A stretch of DNA of 63,356 nt, the filler included. It is 8 parts of 8 records of this genome, joined end to end, with 100 filler letters (N's around TTAATTAATTAA, not from the genome) between each part and the next. Parts side by side here need not be neighbours in the genome. Positions count along the whole stretch, not along the records: positions 1 to 12,514 come from SRR31147125_17314; positions 12,615 to 25,726 come from SRR31147125_17331; 6 more parts are not named here. The stretch is one strand, 5' to 3'. Position numbers and translations under genes: made by a program. Positions within the stretch are counted from its first letter, which is position 1. Each line of letters begins with the position of its first letter. Positions 1 through 12,857 of the stretch are shown piece after piece. The notes under the pieces are model-generated. The model made no database searches. It was not told the origin of the DNA and saw only the letters and a list, made by a program, of their open reading frames with translations.

Positions 1-1296
1 AAAAATCTTGTCCTTTTTAATCCGCTTTCATGGCAAAGATCAGACGTAATCTGTCTGGATCTTGAGCAAGATATGGATAAAATGGAGATTGTTGATAATG
101 CGGGTCAAAAATTACCCTGGCAAAAGACAAAGGATAATAAACAAGTACTGATTCAATCCCAAAATACCCCTTCAATGGGTTATCAGACTGTTGAAATTCG
201 TGAAACCAATTCATCCGAGACATATCCATCAAGTCTCAAAATCACAAAAACCCGGCTTGAAAACCGTTTTTTTGATATTCAGTTGGATGAAAATGGTCTT
301 TTTATTTCTGTGTTTGATAAACGAGTCAATCGGGAGATTATTGAAGAGGGTAAACAGGCAAATGTTTTTCAGTTTTTCGAAGATCGACCGTTAAAGAACA
401 ATGCCTGGGATATTGATAGCTTTTATCAGGATAAATGTGCGGAATTGATAGAGGTTGAGGACATAAAAATCATAGAAACGGGCCCGATTCGTGCCGGACT
501 GCTCATCAAACGAAAATTTCTGAACTCAACCCTATGTCAAACCATATATATCTATGATCATATTCCGCGTATTGATTTTAAAACAGAGGTAGACTGGAAC
601 CAGCACCAAACCTTGCTAAAAGTCGCATTTCCGGTTAATGTTCACGCTAATAAAGCCACTTATGAAATACCATTTGGAAACATTGAGAGACCGACACATT
701 GGAACACGGCATGGGATTATGGTCGCTTTGAAGTTCCGGCACACAAATGGGCAGATTTATCTGAAGGGGATTATGGAGTCAGTCTAATCAATGATTGCAA
801 GTATGGCTATGATATAAAAGATAACATCATTCGTCTCACCCTGATTAAATCCGGTATAGATCCGGATCCAAATGCAGATATCGGTGCTCACAGTTTTTGT
901 TATTCCCTGTATCCACATAAAGGGACCTGGAGAGAAGGCAATACTACCAGAATGGCTTACGAGTTGAATTATCCTCTTTTATCACGAGTCATTAACAAAA
1001 AAGAAAAAACACTTTCCGCAACAGATTTTTCCTTTGCAACGGTTAACAAAGAAAATGTTGTGATTGAAACGGTTAAAAAGGCAGAAAATAGCACGAAAAT
1101 AGTAATGCGTGTTTATGAAGCATATAACCAAAGAGGCGAGGTTGAAATTCAATTTGGCTATCCAATCAGGCAAATATGGGAAAGCAATTTGATAGAGGAA
1201 ATCATAGAGCCTGTGGATGTTAAAGAAGATATCTTAAAGTTCATCATTAAACCTTATGAGATAAAGACATTCCTTATTGACTTTGGTGAGGTATAA
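1..1296 (+). CDS. Alpha-mannosidase GH38, C-terminal part (5' truncated at window edge)
   Basis: Frame is open from base 1 (KNLVLFNPLSWQR). GH38 C-terminal motifs NAWDID, LKVAFP, ATYEIPFG, FEVPAHKWADLSE and NDCKYG. Confidence 0.9.
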   Translation, partial: KNLVLFNPLSWQRSDVICLDLEQDMDKMEIVDNAGQKLPWQKTKDNKQVLIQSQNTPSMGYQTVEIRETNSSETYPSSLKITKTRLENRFFDIQLDENGLFISVFDKRVNREIIEEGKQANVFQFFEDRPLKNNAWDIDSFYQDKCAELIEVEDIKIIETGPIRAGLLIKRKFLNSTLCQTIYIYDHIPRIDFKTEVDWNQHQTLLKVAFPVNVHANKATYEIPFGNIERPTHWNTAWDYGRFEVPAHKWADLSEGDYGVSLINDCKYGYDIKDNIIRLTLIKSGIDPDPNADIGAHSFCYSLYPHKGTWREGNTTRMAYELNYPLLSRVINKKEKTLSATDFSFATVNKENVVIETVKKAENSTKIVMRVYEAYNQRGEVEIQFGYPIRQIWESNLIEEIIEPVDVKEDILKFIIKPYEIKTFLIDFGEV

Positions 1297-1311
1297 GATC
1301 TTTTGTTTGTT

Positions 1312-1346
1312 TTGCGGTTCGGGTTTTTCTCCCGAACCGCAATTTT
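1312..1346 (+). terminator. Intrinsic terminator
   Basis: Perfect 12-bp stem TTGCGGTTCGGG/CCCGAACCGCAA followed by TTTT, 15 bp after the stop codon. Confidence 0.8.
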
Positions 1347-1611
1347 AAATTACCTTTTCCTGGAAATCGAAAATCACTTGTATAATGTGCTCTTGTATGT
1401 TATTCAATAATCCTCTCGTTTGTTTTCTCTTTTCTTTGATGAACCTGTGACATTTATCCCCCTTTTTTGATACGATTACCAAGTGCATCTATGAAAAATG
1501 ATTTTTAATTATATTATATACTATAAATTATATTTTGTGTGTATTGCTCTGATATCTTATTATCTGAATAATCTTTTGACAATTTAAACCAAATAATAAA
1601 AGGACAGATTG

Positions 1612-4296
1612 ATGAAACGATTTTTAATAATTTCAATTTTACTTTTCAACATCACTGTAAATCAAAAAGCGATTTGTGATGAATTCATATGGCCTGATAT
1701 GGATGAGGCTACAAAACCCTGGACACGGTGGTGGTGGCTTGGAAATGCAGTGGATACAACCAATATAAAATGGAATCTGGATCAAATCGATGCCGCTGGT
1801 ATCGGTGGTGTTGAAATAACAAGTGTTTATGGCGTTAAAGGCTACGAAGATTTATTCATTCCATATTTGTCTGAAGAATATGCTGATATTTTAGAATTTA
1901 CAGCGAATTATGCCCATAAATTGGGTTTGGGAGTTGATATTCCCCCTGGTTCAGGATGGAGATGTGGTGGTTTGGGATTGGATATTGCTGATGCAGATGC
2001 TATTATCTCTATTGAAAAAGAAAATGTCCATTTTAATCAGGTATTTCGCAAAACGTACGAAAATGTAAAACCACAAGCCATTTTAGCTGTCTCTGATAAG
2101 GGTGAACGACTGCTTCTTGGTATGTATAATGATAAAAAGAAAGAAATTGTATGGAAAGCACCAGAAGGAAGCTGGACGATATATACAGTAACACAAAAAT
2201 GGTCAGGCGCCAAAGTTAAACGACCGGCACCAGGTGGTGATGGATATTCGTTTAATCCCTATTCATTACGCTCCTTTAAGAATATGACAAAACCTTTTGA
2301 AAAGTTTTTTAAAAAATTTCCATCTAAATTGATACGTGCACAATTCCACGATTCTTTTGAATACACGGGTAACTGGACAGATGATTTTTTTGTCGAATTC
2401 TCCAGACGAAGAGGTTACGATTTGAGACTCTATATACCTGAATTGTCTGGTGAGGGAGAAGACGATAAAATAAAACGAATTAAATGTGACTATCGGGAAA
2501 CAATATCCGATCTTGTTTTAGACCATTTTATTATTCCATGGGTACAATGGTGTCATTATTATGGCCAAAAAGCACGAAATCAATCCCATGGATCACCGGC
2601 TAATTTGCTTGATCTTTATGGATATGTTGATATACCGGAAACAGAAATATTTGGTACGGACCAGACATTAAATGGAGTAAAATTTGCGTCGTCAGCAGCG
2701 AACGTCATGGGAAATCCTCTTATTTCCTCAGAAAGTTTTACCTGGCTCGATGAACATTTTACGGTCTCCTTGTTTAAAATGAAAAATGCGGTTGATCAAT
2801 TATTTTTGGGTGGCGTTAACCACATCTTTTTTCATGGTACCTCTTATTCACCAAAAGATGTGAAATGGCCGGGTTGGGTATTTTACGCTTCAACACAGGT
2901 AAATCCGCGCAATACGCTATGGAAAAATCTGCCGGCCTTTAATCAGTATATTACACGCTGTCAATCCGTCTTGCAAAAAGGAAAATCAGATAATGACATA
3001 TTGATTTATTGGCCTGTTTTTGATTTTTGGATGAATGCAAAAGGATTCAATAAAAAATTATCTATTCACCACAATGACTGGATTCAGGAAAATTCGGCCG
3101 GGCTTCTTTCAGAACAACTTTTAAAAAGTGGATATACGTATGATTTTATTTCCGACCGGCAAATAAATATTTCCAATTCACACAATGGGCACATAAAGAC
3201 ACCTGGAGGTCAGTATAAACTGCTTGTTATACCTGAATGCGAACATATGCCACTTTCAACTATGAGTGCTCTCTTGGATATGGCCAAACAGGGAGGAACT
3301 ATTGTTTTCCAAAAAGATGTGCCACATGATATTCCAGGTTTTGCTCAACTTGAATTGAAGAAAAAACAACTTGACCAATTGCAGAATGAACTTGAATGGA
3401 AAAAAAAGAATAATTATCAATTTGTCAATATCGGGCAAGGCAAGTTCATCATTGCACAAGATTTAATAAAGGTTCTGTCAAGCCTGGATATTACAAGGGA
3501 AAATATTGGTGAAAACGATGGATTAAGCTATATCCGGCGTCAAGACGGTGAAAATAAGTATTATTTTATTCTCAACAGAAAAAATAAACAGTTTGATGGC
3601 TGGATTCATCTGGTTACTGATTATCAATCAGTTGTTTTAATGGATCCCATGTCTGGAAAAACCGGTTTGGCTGATATTAAGGGTAATACATACGGGAATA
3701 AAAGACTACGATTGCAACTCTCACCTGGGCAATCCATGATTTTAAAATGTGTAAACAGAAAGATAACCGGAGAAAAATGGTTCTATTTAAATCCGACTGG
3801 CAAAAAATCGCGAATAAAAGGGGAGTGGAATATCAGTTTCGTCGATGGTGGACCAGTACTTCCGGTCCCACAAAAAATGAACAGACTGGTATCGTGGACC
3901 AAACTAGCGGATAAAGAAACACAACGATTTGCCGGCACCGCCAGTTATCAAATAAATTTTGATGTACCGGATGTTTCAAAAAGTTATCTGTTGGATCTTG
4001 GAAAAGTCGCTGAAAGTGCTGTCGTTTATCTTAATGAAGAAAAAATGGGCTGTTTGTTCACTCCACCTTATCAGCTGCCAATTTCAGGATTACGGCCTAC
4101 TGGTAACAAACTTTTAATAAAAGTCACCAACCTGGCAGCAAACAGGATTCGCGATATGGATATCAGAAAGGATCCCTGGAGAATCTTTTATGATATCAAT
4201 TTTGTCAATATTGATTATAAAAAGTTTGATGCTTCAGGCTGGCCTGTCGCTGATTCAGGACTTTTAGGGCCAGTCACCATAAACAGGCTTGATTAA
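1612..4296 (+). CDS. Exported GH106-like glycoside hydrolase (alpha-L-rhamnosidase family)
   Basis: Signal peptide; KPWTRWWWLGNAV, GIGGVEI, HDSFEY, DIPETE, SSESFTWL, GVNHIFFHG; C-terminal LDLGKV...SGLLGPV domain. Confidence 0.85.
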   Translation: MKRFLIISILLFNITVNQKAICDEFIWPDMDEATKPWTRWWWLGNAVDTTNIKWNLDQIDAAGIGGVEITSVYGVKGYEDLFIPYLSEEYADILEFTANYAHKLGLGVDIPPGSGWRCGGLGLDIADADAIISIEKENVHFNQVFRKTYENVKPQAILAVSDKGERLLLGMYNDKKKEIVWKAPEGSWTIYTVTQKWSGAKVKRPAPGGDGYSFNPYSLRSFKNMTKPFEKFFKKFPSKLIRAQFHDSFEYTGNWTDDFFVEFSRRRGYDLRLYIPELSGEGEDDKIKRIKCDYRETISDLVLDHFIIPWVQWCHYYGQKARNQSHGSPANLLDLYGYVDIPETEIFGTDQTLNGVKFASSAANVMGNPLISSESFTWLDEHFTVSLFKMKNAVDQLFLGGVNHIFFHGTSYSPKDVKWPGWVFYASTQVNPRNTLWKNLPAFNQYITRCQSVLQKGKSDNDILIYWPVFDFWMNAKGFNKKLSIHHNDWIQENSAGLLSEQLLKSGYTYDFISDRQINISNSHNGHIKTPGGQYKLLVIPECEHMPLSTMSALLDMAKQGGTIVFQKDVPHDIPGFAQLELKKKQLDQLQNELEWKKKNNYQFVNIGQGKFIIAQDLIKVLSSLDITRENIGENDGLSYIRRQDGENKYYFILNRKNKQFDGWIHLVTDYQSVVLMDPMSGKTGLADIKGNTYGNKRLRLQLSPGQSMILKCVNRKITGEKWFYLNPTGKKSRIKGEWNISFVDGGPVLPVPQKMNRLVSWTKLADKETQRFAGTASYQINFDVPDVSKSYLLDLGKVAESAVVYLNEEKMGCLFTPPYQLPISGLRPTGNKLLIKVTNLAANRIRDMDIRKDPWRIFYDINFVNIDYKKFDASGWPVADSGLLGPVTINRLD

Positions 4297-4374
4297 TTTT
4301 CGGATCCATAAATTCTAAGCTTAAATAATTGTCTTTCCCAAAATCTTTTTTACAGAGATGAAATACTGGAGATT

Positions 4375-7300
4375 ATGATGAAACAAACAAGAGTGATATT
4401 ATGTTTATTTGTGATTTCAATTTTTGTCGCAGGCGTTATCAATGCAGCTGAGAAACTAATAACAATGGATTATATATCAGATGATTTTATATATAAAGGA
4501 TTTCAAAAACCCGACAAACAATATGGCCCTGTACCATTATGGTGGTGGGATGGTGAACATTTGTCAAAAGATCGGCTCACATGGCAGTTGGAAACCTTAA
4601 AAAAAGGAGGTGTTCCTGCTGTTTGTTTTATCCAAAAATACCCTTATGGTCCGCCAACAGGTCCTGAAGCTGGCTATTTCAGCGAAGAATGGTGGGATTA
4701 TATGGTTTATGTTGCGCAGGAATGTAACCGTCTCGATATGGATCTATGGGTACATGATGAAACCTACCATCGTCCTCGTAAAAGATACTGGCAAACGCTG
4801 ATCGAAAAACAAATTGAAAAACATCCCGAGTATCAGGGCTATGTTCTTGATGTAGTACACAAAAGTATCAGTGGTCAGCAAACCGTTAAACTGGACTGGC
4901 CTGCGAATTTTACTCTTTTATCAATAGCTGCCTATCCTCAGTCAGCAACAGGTTCTCTTGATTGTAAAAATCAGATAAATTTGACAAAGTTTCTAAAGAA
5001 TAATTCTATTGAATGGCAGGCACCAGACGGCGAATGGTTGGTGGGTGCCATCGGATATAAACCTGATGGATTGTGTCGAACGACACGTGCGGTTGTTGAT
5101 AAATATATTCAAATACATTATGAGGAATACAGAAAAAGACTGGGAGATCTTTTTAACCAGGTTTTAGTTGGAACATTTCAGGATGAAATGTACATACTAA
5201 ATGGCAAGATTCCATGTGATGTTTCTCTTTTAAATGAATTCAAAAAACAGAAAGGCTATAAGGATATTTCAGAACTCATTGGCCTGTTTAAAGATATAGG
5301 AGAAAAAACAGAAAAAATTCGTTGTGACTATTATGATATTGTTGTGCAGATGCTGGAGAAAAATTGGTTCAAGCCTATTTATTACTGGCATGAAAAGAAT
5401 GATCTGAAAATTAGCCATGATAACTGGGGCAGGAACGATATCGCCAGGCAGGTCACACAATACGCTGATTATTTCCGAACTATGAGCTGGTACCAGGCAC
5501 CTGGTTATGATGATGGTGGTAAGTCCGGCGGAATAGGCACACGAAATTTATTCGATGCCAAGCTGGCTGCTTCCATTGCAGCGTGTTACAATCGTCCTCG
5601 TGTCTGGTGTGAGGCTTTTCATACAACAGGATGGGGATTAAAACCAGAAACCCAAATGGCCATGGCTATTGAAAATTATTGTTATGGAGCCAATTTGTAT
5701 GACAAACATGGCCTTTATTATACGACTCTTGGTGGCTGGTATGAACATGCCCCACCAGACGTTCACTTTCGTCAGCCGTATTGGCATGACGCAAGAATTC
5801 TTAATGATGCCATCTCTCGTCTCAGCTTTTTGTTTAGTCAGGGAACTCCTGTTGTGGATGCCGCTTTTCTTTTTCCTGTCACCTCTATACACGCAAATTG
5901 GCTTGCTGATAATAGCATTAATGAACAGGGGCGTTATATCAGTGAGGTAAACCGAATACTTGCTTTTAATTTTTATCAAAACAATTTGGATTTCTTTTTT
6001 GTTGACAACTCTTCTGTTTTGAATGCCGATATCGAAAAATCCTTTCTAAAATTTGCCAGTTTCAAGGTGCCGGTTTTTATTATTGGCCCAAATTCAACAA
6101 CAAGTCGACGTGTCCTTGAAAAGGTTCATGAATTGTATAAAAATGGGGGAATTGTTGTTGCAATTGGTCAATTGCCCGTCATTTCAACAGAACATGGACG
6201 TCATGATCCAAGAGTGAAGCACATTCTAAAAGATATATTTGGTACAATTACTGAAAAACCCGAAAAGATGATAGCTCATAAAAATTCATTCAATGGGGTG
6301 GGATTATTTGTTCAAAATAGCGAACAACTGTTGAATTATATCAAAAATAATTTAAAATGTGATGTGAAAATATCTGAACCTGGCATTTATTATACACATA
6401 GAAAAATCGGAAATCGAGATGTTTACCTGTTACTGAACATTCAAAATGAAAAACGACACATTTCATTTCATTTTAAAGCCAAAGGTCAACCACAATTGTG
6501 GGATGTATTTACAGGTCAGGTAAAACAATTCTATCATTATGATTATAACGCTCCATATACAAATTTATCATTGGATTTTGATGCTTATGAGTCATATGTC
6601 TTGGTTATTGATAACAAGAGCCCTCATAACATTAACGTTGATTTCAATAAGAATGTTGTAGAGAATCTAACAACATTGGAAAAAAGTGCCACGTTAAAAG
6701 GATGGCTCACGGGATCCGGGGCACCTGTTGCAAAAGTGCAATATCAGGGCGAGCTTTACACAGGAAAAAGTGACAGTCCACGAAAACCGCTGACAATTAC
6801 CCTTGATAATACCTGGGATTTTAAGATGATTCCAACGATGAATAATAAATGGGGAGATTTCCGTTATCCTGCCAGCGAGGACAAAATTGGTGTTGAAATT
6901 CGACAATTTTTACTCCGAAAAGAAAGTGTAAGAGAAAATGGTCTGACCCTTGGCTGGCAAAATGAGCATATTGACCCTGACAACTGGCACACAGTTAACT
7001 GGTCTTATGGACCTTATTTCTGGTTACGCACCAATGTTAATATCAGTGAACCACCAGATCCACCCACTGAAACGTCTCAGAGAAGATGGCAACCATATGT
7101 CTTTTCCACTCTATTTGGTAAACCAGGTACTCATCCCGATGACCATGGTTTTAATTCAATCGTTTCAAATAATTACATAATTTCGCCAAAAGGGACAGGC
7201 TTAAATTACTTCTGGACAACACTCAATATTAAACTAAAAGAAGATATTTTTTGTTATTATGGAGAGGGAATTCAACAAATCTGGATAAATGACCGAGAAA

Positions 7301-8150
7301 TGCTTGCAGATAAAGAACTGAAAAAAGGTTACTTTCAGATAAACCTTGAAATGCCAGCTGAAGTCATGGTTGCCGTAAAGCCTGATCTTAAAACATTTCT
7401 GGTATTTCAGAAATCAAAACAATCCAAAAGCGACTCTGATATGAATTTTATCCCAAGACTAAAGTGGTTCCATAAAAGTGAGGCTTTGAATTTTGATTAT
7501 TTGCCCTGGAAAGAAAAATCACCTGAATGGTTTCGTTTTTTCTGCCTCCCGGATCTAAACAGTTTACCTGTCCAGTCAAAGGGCAAACCAGAATGTGGAT
7601 TGATGGCGTTGAAAAAAACATAACAAAAGAAGGGATACTTTTAGAACCAATAAACAAAAAAAGATCTGTGGCTCTGAGACTGGAACCGGAAAGAGGTTGT
7701 TACGAAGGTGCTGCCTGGACTGGACCTGTAAAGGTCTTATGTCAAAGTGCAGATATTACCCTAGGTGATTGGCGGGATAAGGGATACCAGTGTTTTTCAG
7801 GTGTAGGGCATTATCAGCAAAACTTTAAATTAATATCCTGGCAACCAGGTGACAGAGTTATTTTAGACCTGGGGCAAGTTTTTGTTACAGCAGCCGTTAA
7901 AGTGAATGGAAAAAATGTCGGAACACGAATTGCGAGACCCTTTGTATTTGATATTTCCAACGCTGTAAAATCGAGTGATAATACTCTGGAAATTAATGTA
8001 GCCAACACGATTGCGAACCATTTTGAAAAAGAGGTTCCCACACGCTATATTTTCCCGGGACAAACTGATTCCGGACTTTACGGGCCTGTGAAAATACGTA
8101 TAGAACCTGCTGTATCTATTTCGTTAAAGCCACAGCAAAAAGTGCCATAA
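4375..8150 (+). CDS. Large exported GH106-like glycoside hydrolase; frameshift in T-run at about 7536-7541
   Basis: GPVPLWWWDG, FQDE, RVWCEAF, HGLYY motifs. ORFs 4375-7623 and 7527-8150 join if one T is restored, giving the C-terminal LDLGQV...SGLYGPV domain. Confidence 0.75.
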
Positions 8151-8617
8151 AGGAGTATTGTTAAAAAAATAGTTGCATTCGTTTCGGATGATGTCAATAT
8201 CTAACTCATATCATATAAAACGAATAATAAAATAAACGTTGTTAGACCGGAATGACACAACGTCATGAGATTGTTTATACCTGGTTTGGCAACGTTTCTT
8301 TTTATCATGACTACTATTTGTGAATGGAAATCTTGTTTATGCCTAAAACATCATTACAACGTACTGTAAATTTATAAATTATAAAAAACAAAAAATCTTG
8401 AAATTGGTAAAAAAAATCATATATTTTTTAAGGGTGATATTACACTTGCCTTATCTTTTGGTTGAATTTTGTCTGTCATGATTCCGGGCTCATCGATATT
8501 TTATCATAGGCTAATGGGTTCGCGTATACAATTATGGAAAAAATCAAGTTGTTCATTGAAATTTAATTGGATATTGCACCAGGAAAAATATTTCGTTAAA
8601 ATGATGGTAATTGAATA

Positions 8618-10369
8618 GTGTATTATAATAGGCGAAAATTGTACAATCAAGTTTTTTATAATTCCTTTACTAAAAAATGGATTAAATTTAATAATCCGGT
8701 TTGCATTATAAAGGCTATGTCAAATGATGTTGTCGAAAAATTGGAAATTGTCAATTTTTATGTTAATTCCGGGCATTACGCAGCTGGGTTTATAAGCTAT
8801 GAAGCTGCTGTTGCATTCGATCCGGCCTTTAAAGTTAAAAATCCCGATTCATTTCCATTAATTTGGTTTGGTATTTACAAAAACGCCGAATCCATTAATC
8901 CGTTTGATTATGCCAGAAAAGACTATTTTCTGGAGCCATGGTCACCTTCAATTGATAAAAAAAAGTATACCCGGGATATTCGCCACATCAAAGAATATAT
9001 TGCGGCAGGGGAGACATATCAGGTAAATTATACATATCGACTCTATTCTAAATTTTCAGGTGATCCGTTTTCCCTGTTTCTTGATCTGGTAGAGAATCAA
9101 AAAACACATTATTCTGCCTATATGGATATTGGGGATTTTGCCATCGCTTCTGTTTCACCAGAACTCTTTTTTAAGCTTGACGGTGAAGAAATAATATCAC
9201 GTCCCATGAAGGGTACAGTGTCGCGGGGTCGTTATTTATCTGAAGATGAAGAAAAAGCAAGATGGCTGCATCAATCCCAAAAGAATCGGGCTGAAAATGT
9301 GATGATTGTGGATATGATGCGTAATGATCTGTCGCGTATCGCATCCACAGGCAGTGTACAGGTAGAATCTCTTTACGATATCGAACGTTACCAGACTGCC
9401 CTGCAAATGACATCAACGGTTTCGGCACAAACAAATGCTTCGTTTGATCAGATTTTTACAGCTCTTTTTCCGTGTGCTTCGATTACCGGAGCACCTAAAT
9501 ACAGAACAATGAAAATAATATCAGAACTGGAAACAACACCCAGGAAAATATATACAGGCTGTCTTGGTTTTATAACGCCTCAAAGAAAAGCACAATTTAA
9601 CGTTTCAATTCGTACTGTACTGATCGATCGTAAAAAGTCACAAGCCGAATACGGCATAGGAGGTGGCATTGTTTGGGAATCTGATATCCGGGAAGAGTTT
9701 CAGGAAAGCCTGACTAAATCCAGGGTTCTGGTTGAGAAGAGACCACCTTTTGACCTGCTGGAGACGATGCTCTGGCAGTCACCAGATGGCTATTTTTTGC
9801 TGGATCATCATCTAAAAAGATTGTCCGATTCAGCATTCTATTTCCAGTTTCCCTATGACGAAAACAGGATACGGGAAAAACTCGTTAATATGGAATCCTT
9901 TTTTTCAAACAAACCATTCAAAGTACGTTTACTTTTGGGTCAAAATGGTAAGTTTGTTTGTCAATATGAAAAAATTAAAAAATTATCGAAAGAAAATCAT
10001 GTCAGGTTGAGATTATCAGATATTCACGTCGATAGTTCCAATCTGTTTCTTTATCACAAAACAACGTTTCGTGATATATATGAATCAGCAAAAAAACAGG
10101 ACAGCGATTGTGATGATATCGTTTTATTCAATGAAAAAGACGAAATTACAGAGACCAGTATTTACAATATCGTGATTAAAGTTAATGAACAGCTGTTAAC
10201 GCCACCTGTGAAATGCGGTTTATTGCCAGGCACGTTTCGCGCCTGGTTGTTCGCCCATAATCATATAAAGGAAAAAGTGCTAAAATTAAAAGATCTTCAA
10301 TCTTGTGATGAGATATATGTTATAAACTCGGTACGAAAATGGCAAAAAGCCATTTTGATTCCGGTATGA
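8618..10369 (+). CDS. pabB: Aminodeoxychorismate synthase component I fused to ADC-lyase (class IV aminotransferase-like) domain
   Basis: GETYQVNYT, SPELFF, PMKGT, KNRAENVMIVD, FPCASITGAPK; C-terminal FLYHKTT, GLLPGTFR, INSVR. Confidence 0.9.
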   Translation: MYYNRRKLYNQVFYNSFTKKWIKFNNPVCIIKAMSNDVVEKLEIVNFYVNSGHYAAGFISYEAAVAFDPAFKVKNPDSFPLIWFGIYKNAESINPFDYARKDYFLEPWSPSIDKKKYTRDIRHIKEYIAAGETYQVNYTYRLYSKFSGDPFSLFLDLVENQKTHYSAYMDIGDFAIASVSPELFFKLDGEEIISRPMKGTVSRGRYLSEDEEKARWLHQSQKNRAENVMIVDMMRNDLSRIASTGSVQVESLYDIERYQTALQMTSTVSAQTNASFDQIFTALFPCASITGAPKYRTMKIISELETTPRKIYTGCLGFITPQRKAQFNVSIRTVLIDRKKSQAEYGIGGGIVWESDIREEFQESLTKSRVLVEKRPPFDLLETMLWQSPDGYFLLDHHLKRLSDSAFYFQFPYDENRIREKLVNMESFFSNKPFKVRLLLGQNGKFVCQYEKIKKLSKENHVRLRLSDIHVDSSNLFLYHKTTFRDIYESAKKQDSDCDDIVLFNEKDEITETSIYNIVIKVNEQLLTPPVKCGLLPGTFRAWLFAHNHIKEKVLKLKDLQSCDEIYVINSVRKWQKAILIPV

Positions 10370-10560
10370 ATCAAAATATTATTGAAAATCAGTTTAATTT
10401 TTGAACCAGAGTTTGCTTTTTCGAACATGCCTCCATTTACACATTCTGTTTAATGAGTTAATATGGTTATGCATGTACCAGGAAAAGCAACAAAAGTTTC
10501 TGAGTAATAAATACAACAAGAACATGCATTAAATAATAACAATTTGAAAAGGAACTTGAT

Positions 10561-11448
10561 ATGATTTTCTCCAGCCAGAATAAAGCGAATCTTTTAATTT
10601 ATCTGCTATTGTTAACTCTTTCATGTAGTACGATGAACCACTCACGGACAACCATACTGGAACATGCTCCGAATTATTGTGGGGAAAATGGTGGTGAATC
10701 AAATAAGGTAGGCCATCTGCCAATATGTCTCGATGCTGATACACAGGAATCTTTTTTATTTGTTGAGAGACATAACGTTCTGGAACCTCTACTGGAAGTG
10801 ATGAATGACTTTATAGATTCCCTCGGAGTATCTCTACCATTATCGGATATAAATCTTGCTTTAAATAATAAACCTCAGGTATATGTTGGAATTAATGACA
10901 GTAATTCGCCAATTGAAAATATGGAAAATGATAACATAAATGAACACAAGAATATCATTCGTATTATAGATCCTTCTCAGGTCTGGTCGGATAAGATAAC
11001 GACTGTTTTGGACAATAAACAACTGGATAATGTAATATGCCTGAATTTAGGATTTAGTCAGTATTGGGTATGCCAGAAAAATCTGTCTGGTCATAAAGTT
11101 CTTGAATTAGGAACAGGAAATGTCCGGGAAATTCCCTGGCTGACAGATATGGATACACCAATTGAGGTATTTCATATCACAGGAGCACTTTTATCAAGAG
11201 AGGGTAAGGTTATTAAAGCAGGAGCCGAAGGAATTATTTACAAGCGCACTGGTATGTTATCTTCTCTTTTTGATTTGCAGGAAACAATAAGTAAAAGTGA
11301 TATTGAATTGTTGTTAACAAAAGAAAGATATAACGATCTTCCAGGAGCACCGTTAAAGTGGCAGATTGCTATTCAAAATATTGTCGCACAACTTTTGGAT
11401 CGACATGATCTTTTATATATGCCCATGCAAAATCGTGCAGATGACTAG
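10561..11448 (+). CDS. Hypothetical lipoprotein
   Basis: 295-aa ORF with hydrophobic N-terminus and lipobox-like LTLSC; no family recognised. Confidence 0.65.
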   Translation: MIFSSQNKANLLIYLLLLTLSCSTMNHSRTTILEHAPNYCGENGGESNKVGHLPICLDADTQESFLFVERHNVLEPLLEVMNDFIDSLGVSLPLSDINLALNNKPQVYVGINDSNSPIENMENDNINEHKNIIRIIDPSQVWSDKITTVLDNKQLDNVICLNLGFSQYWVCQKNLSGHKVLELGTGNVREIPWLTDMDTPIEVFHITGALLSREGKVIKAGAEGIIYKRTGMLSSLFDLQETISKSDIELLLTKERYNDLPGAPLKWQIAIQNIVAQLLDRHDLLYMPMQNRADD

Positions 11449-11477
11449 AATGTGTGTATGTGGGAGATAGTGATATC

Positions 11478-12514
11478 ATGAACAGATTGTCTGTTTTTCT
11501 CCATTTGGTGACCCTTTGTTTGACTTTTTTATCAATGGCGTGCAGACTCGTCCAATTACTTCACGGGATATCGTGGAAATTGTAGAAATTAAAGATCCAC
11601 AAATATCACCTGATGGGAATGTTATCACATTTGTTGTATGGCAAGCGATAAAAAACAATAATCCATCCACAAAACGTCAATCTGATATATGGATTGTTGC
11701 TGCTGATGGCAGTAAGGTAGCAAGACCGTTTTTATGTGGGCCTAATGAGCAACGCATGCCACGATGGTCACCGGATGGGACATATGTGGCTTTTCTGGCC
11801 ACCACTGACAATGACAGTTTTTTACAAATTTTTCTGTATAATAACAATGACCGCACAATCAAAAGAATAACATCAGTTAAAACAGGTGTTATAAAATATA
11901 AATGGTTCCCGGATTCAAAAAGAATCGCTTTTACTTCTGCCCAATCCTTTTTGAACTCTCAAACGATGCGTTCACCAGCAAGTAAAACAACAAATTTAAA
12001 TAAATCGGACGAGTTTGCACGATTATATGAAATAGACATAACCAATTTAGAAACAACACTTTTATCAAACGTAGATGAAAATGTCAATGATTTTGATATT
12101 TCTCCGGATGGCACTCGTTGTGCCATGTGTATTTCTTCTTCCTCTGATATAAATCAGATATTGTATTTTTCTAGGCTTGTTGTGAAAAATCTGGATGGGT
12201 CGGATCGCAGTTTTATCGCCACTATTGCAGGTGATCTGATCATGTCAATAAACCTTGGTAATGTTCGCTGGTCACCCGATGGGAAAAACTTGTTATACTT
12301 TGAACGATATGGCAGTGTCTATACGATGTTGCCCACGATTATCTCAAGTGATGGGAACGTTAAAAAAAATCTGGCCCATAATTACATGGGCACCATCTGG
12401 GATATGGATTGGTTCGATTCCGGGCAGTCTTTTCTTGTTTCAAGCCAGGAGGGGGTGCAGGGAATAATCGGCATGCTGGATCTTCAAACAGGTCGGGTAC
12501 AACCTTTGACAAAA
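11478..12514 (+). CDS. S9-family peptidase-like protein, N-terminal PD40 beta-propeller (3' truncated; frameshift in T-run 11525-11530)
   Basis: Repeated ISPDG/WSPDG/WFPDS motifs. ATG 11478 has an SD and a signal peptide, and joins ORF 11516 if one T is added. The catalytic domain is not visible. Confidence 0.7.
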
Positions 12515-12614
12515 NNNNNNNNNNNNNNNNNNNNNNNNNNNNNNNNNNNNNNNNNNNNTTAATTAATTAANNNNNNNNNNNNNNNNNNNNNNNNNNNNNN
12601 NNNNNNNNNNNNNN
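12515..12614. other. Artificial contig linker
   Basis: N44-TTAATTAATTAA-N44, which has stops in all six frames. Confidence 0.99.
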
Positions 12615-12857
12615 TTTACTCTGTATTAAATTAATCTGGTGTTTTTTTTAAAAATGTTGTAATATATAAAAGGTCCGGCAAGCACTTGTTTTTTTCAGGT
12701 CTATGATTTGAAATAAAATAAGAGCTTTTCGGGCCTTGCTGTGTCACATTCAATTTGAAAATAATAATCAATTTACAAAGCGAATTAATAAATTTGTCAT
12801 AGTCGCTTTTTCTATCATTAAGAATATTTGTTTAACACAACATCAAGAGGTTCATTT

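Noticed and set aside
8151-8617. Possible folate riboswitch upstream of pabB; CCGGAATGAC / GTCATGATTCCGG partial inverted pair
   Set aside because: No recognisable aptamer consensus; the repeat is short and the halves are far apart.
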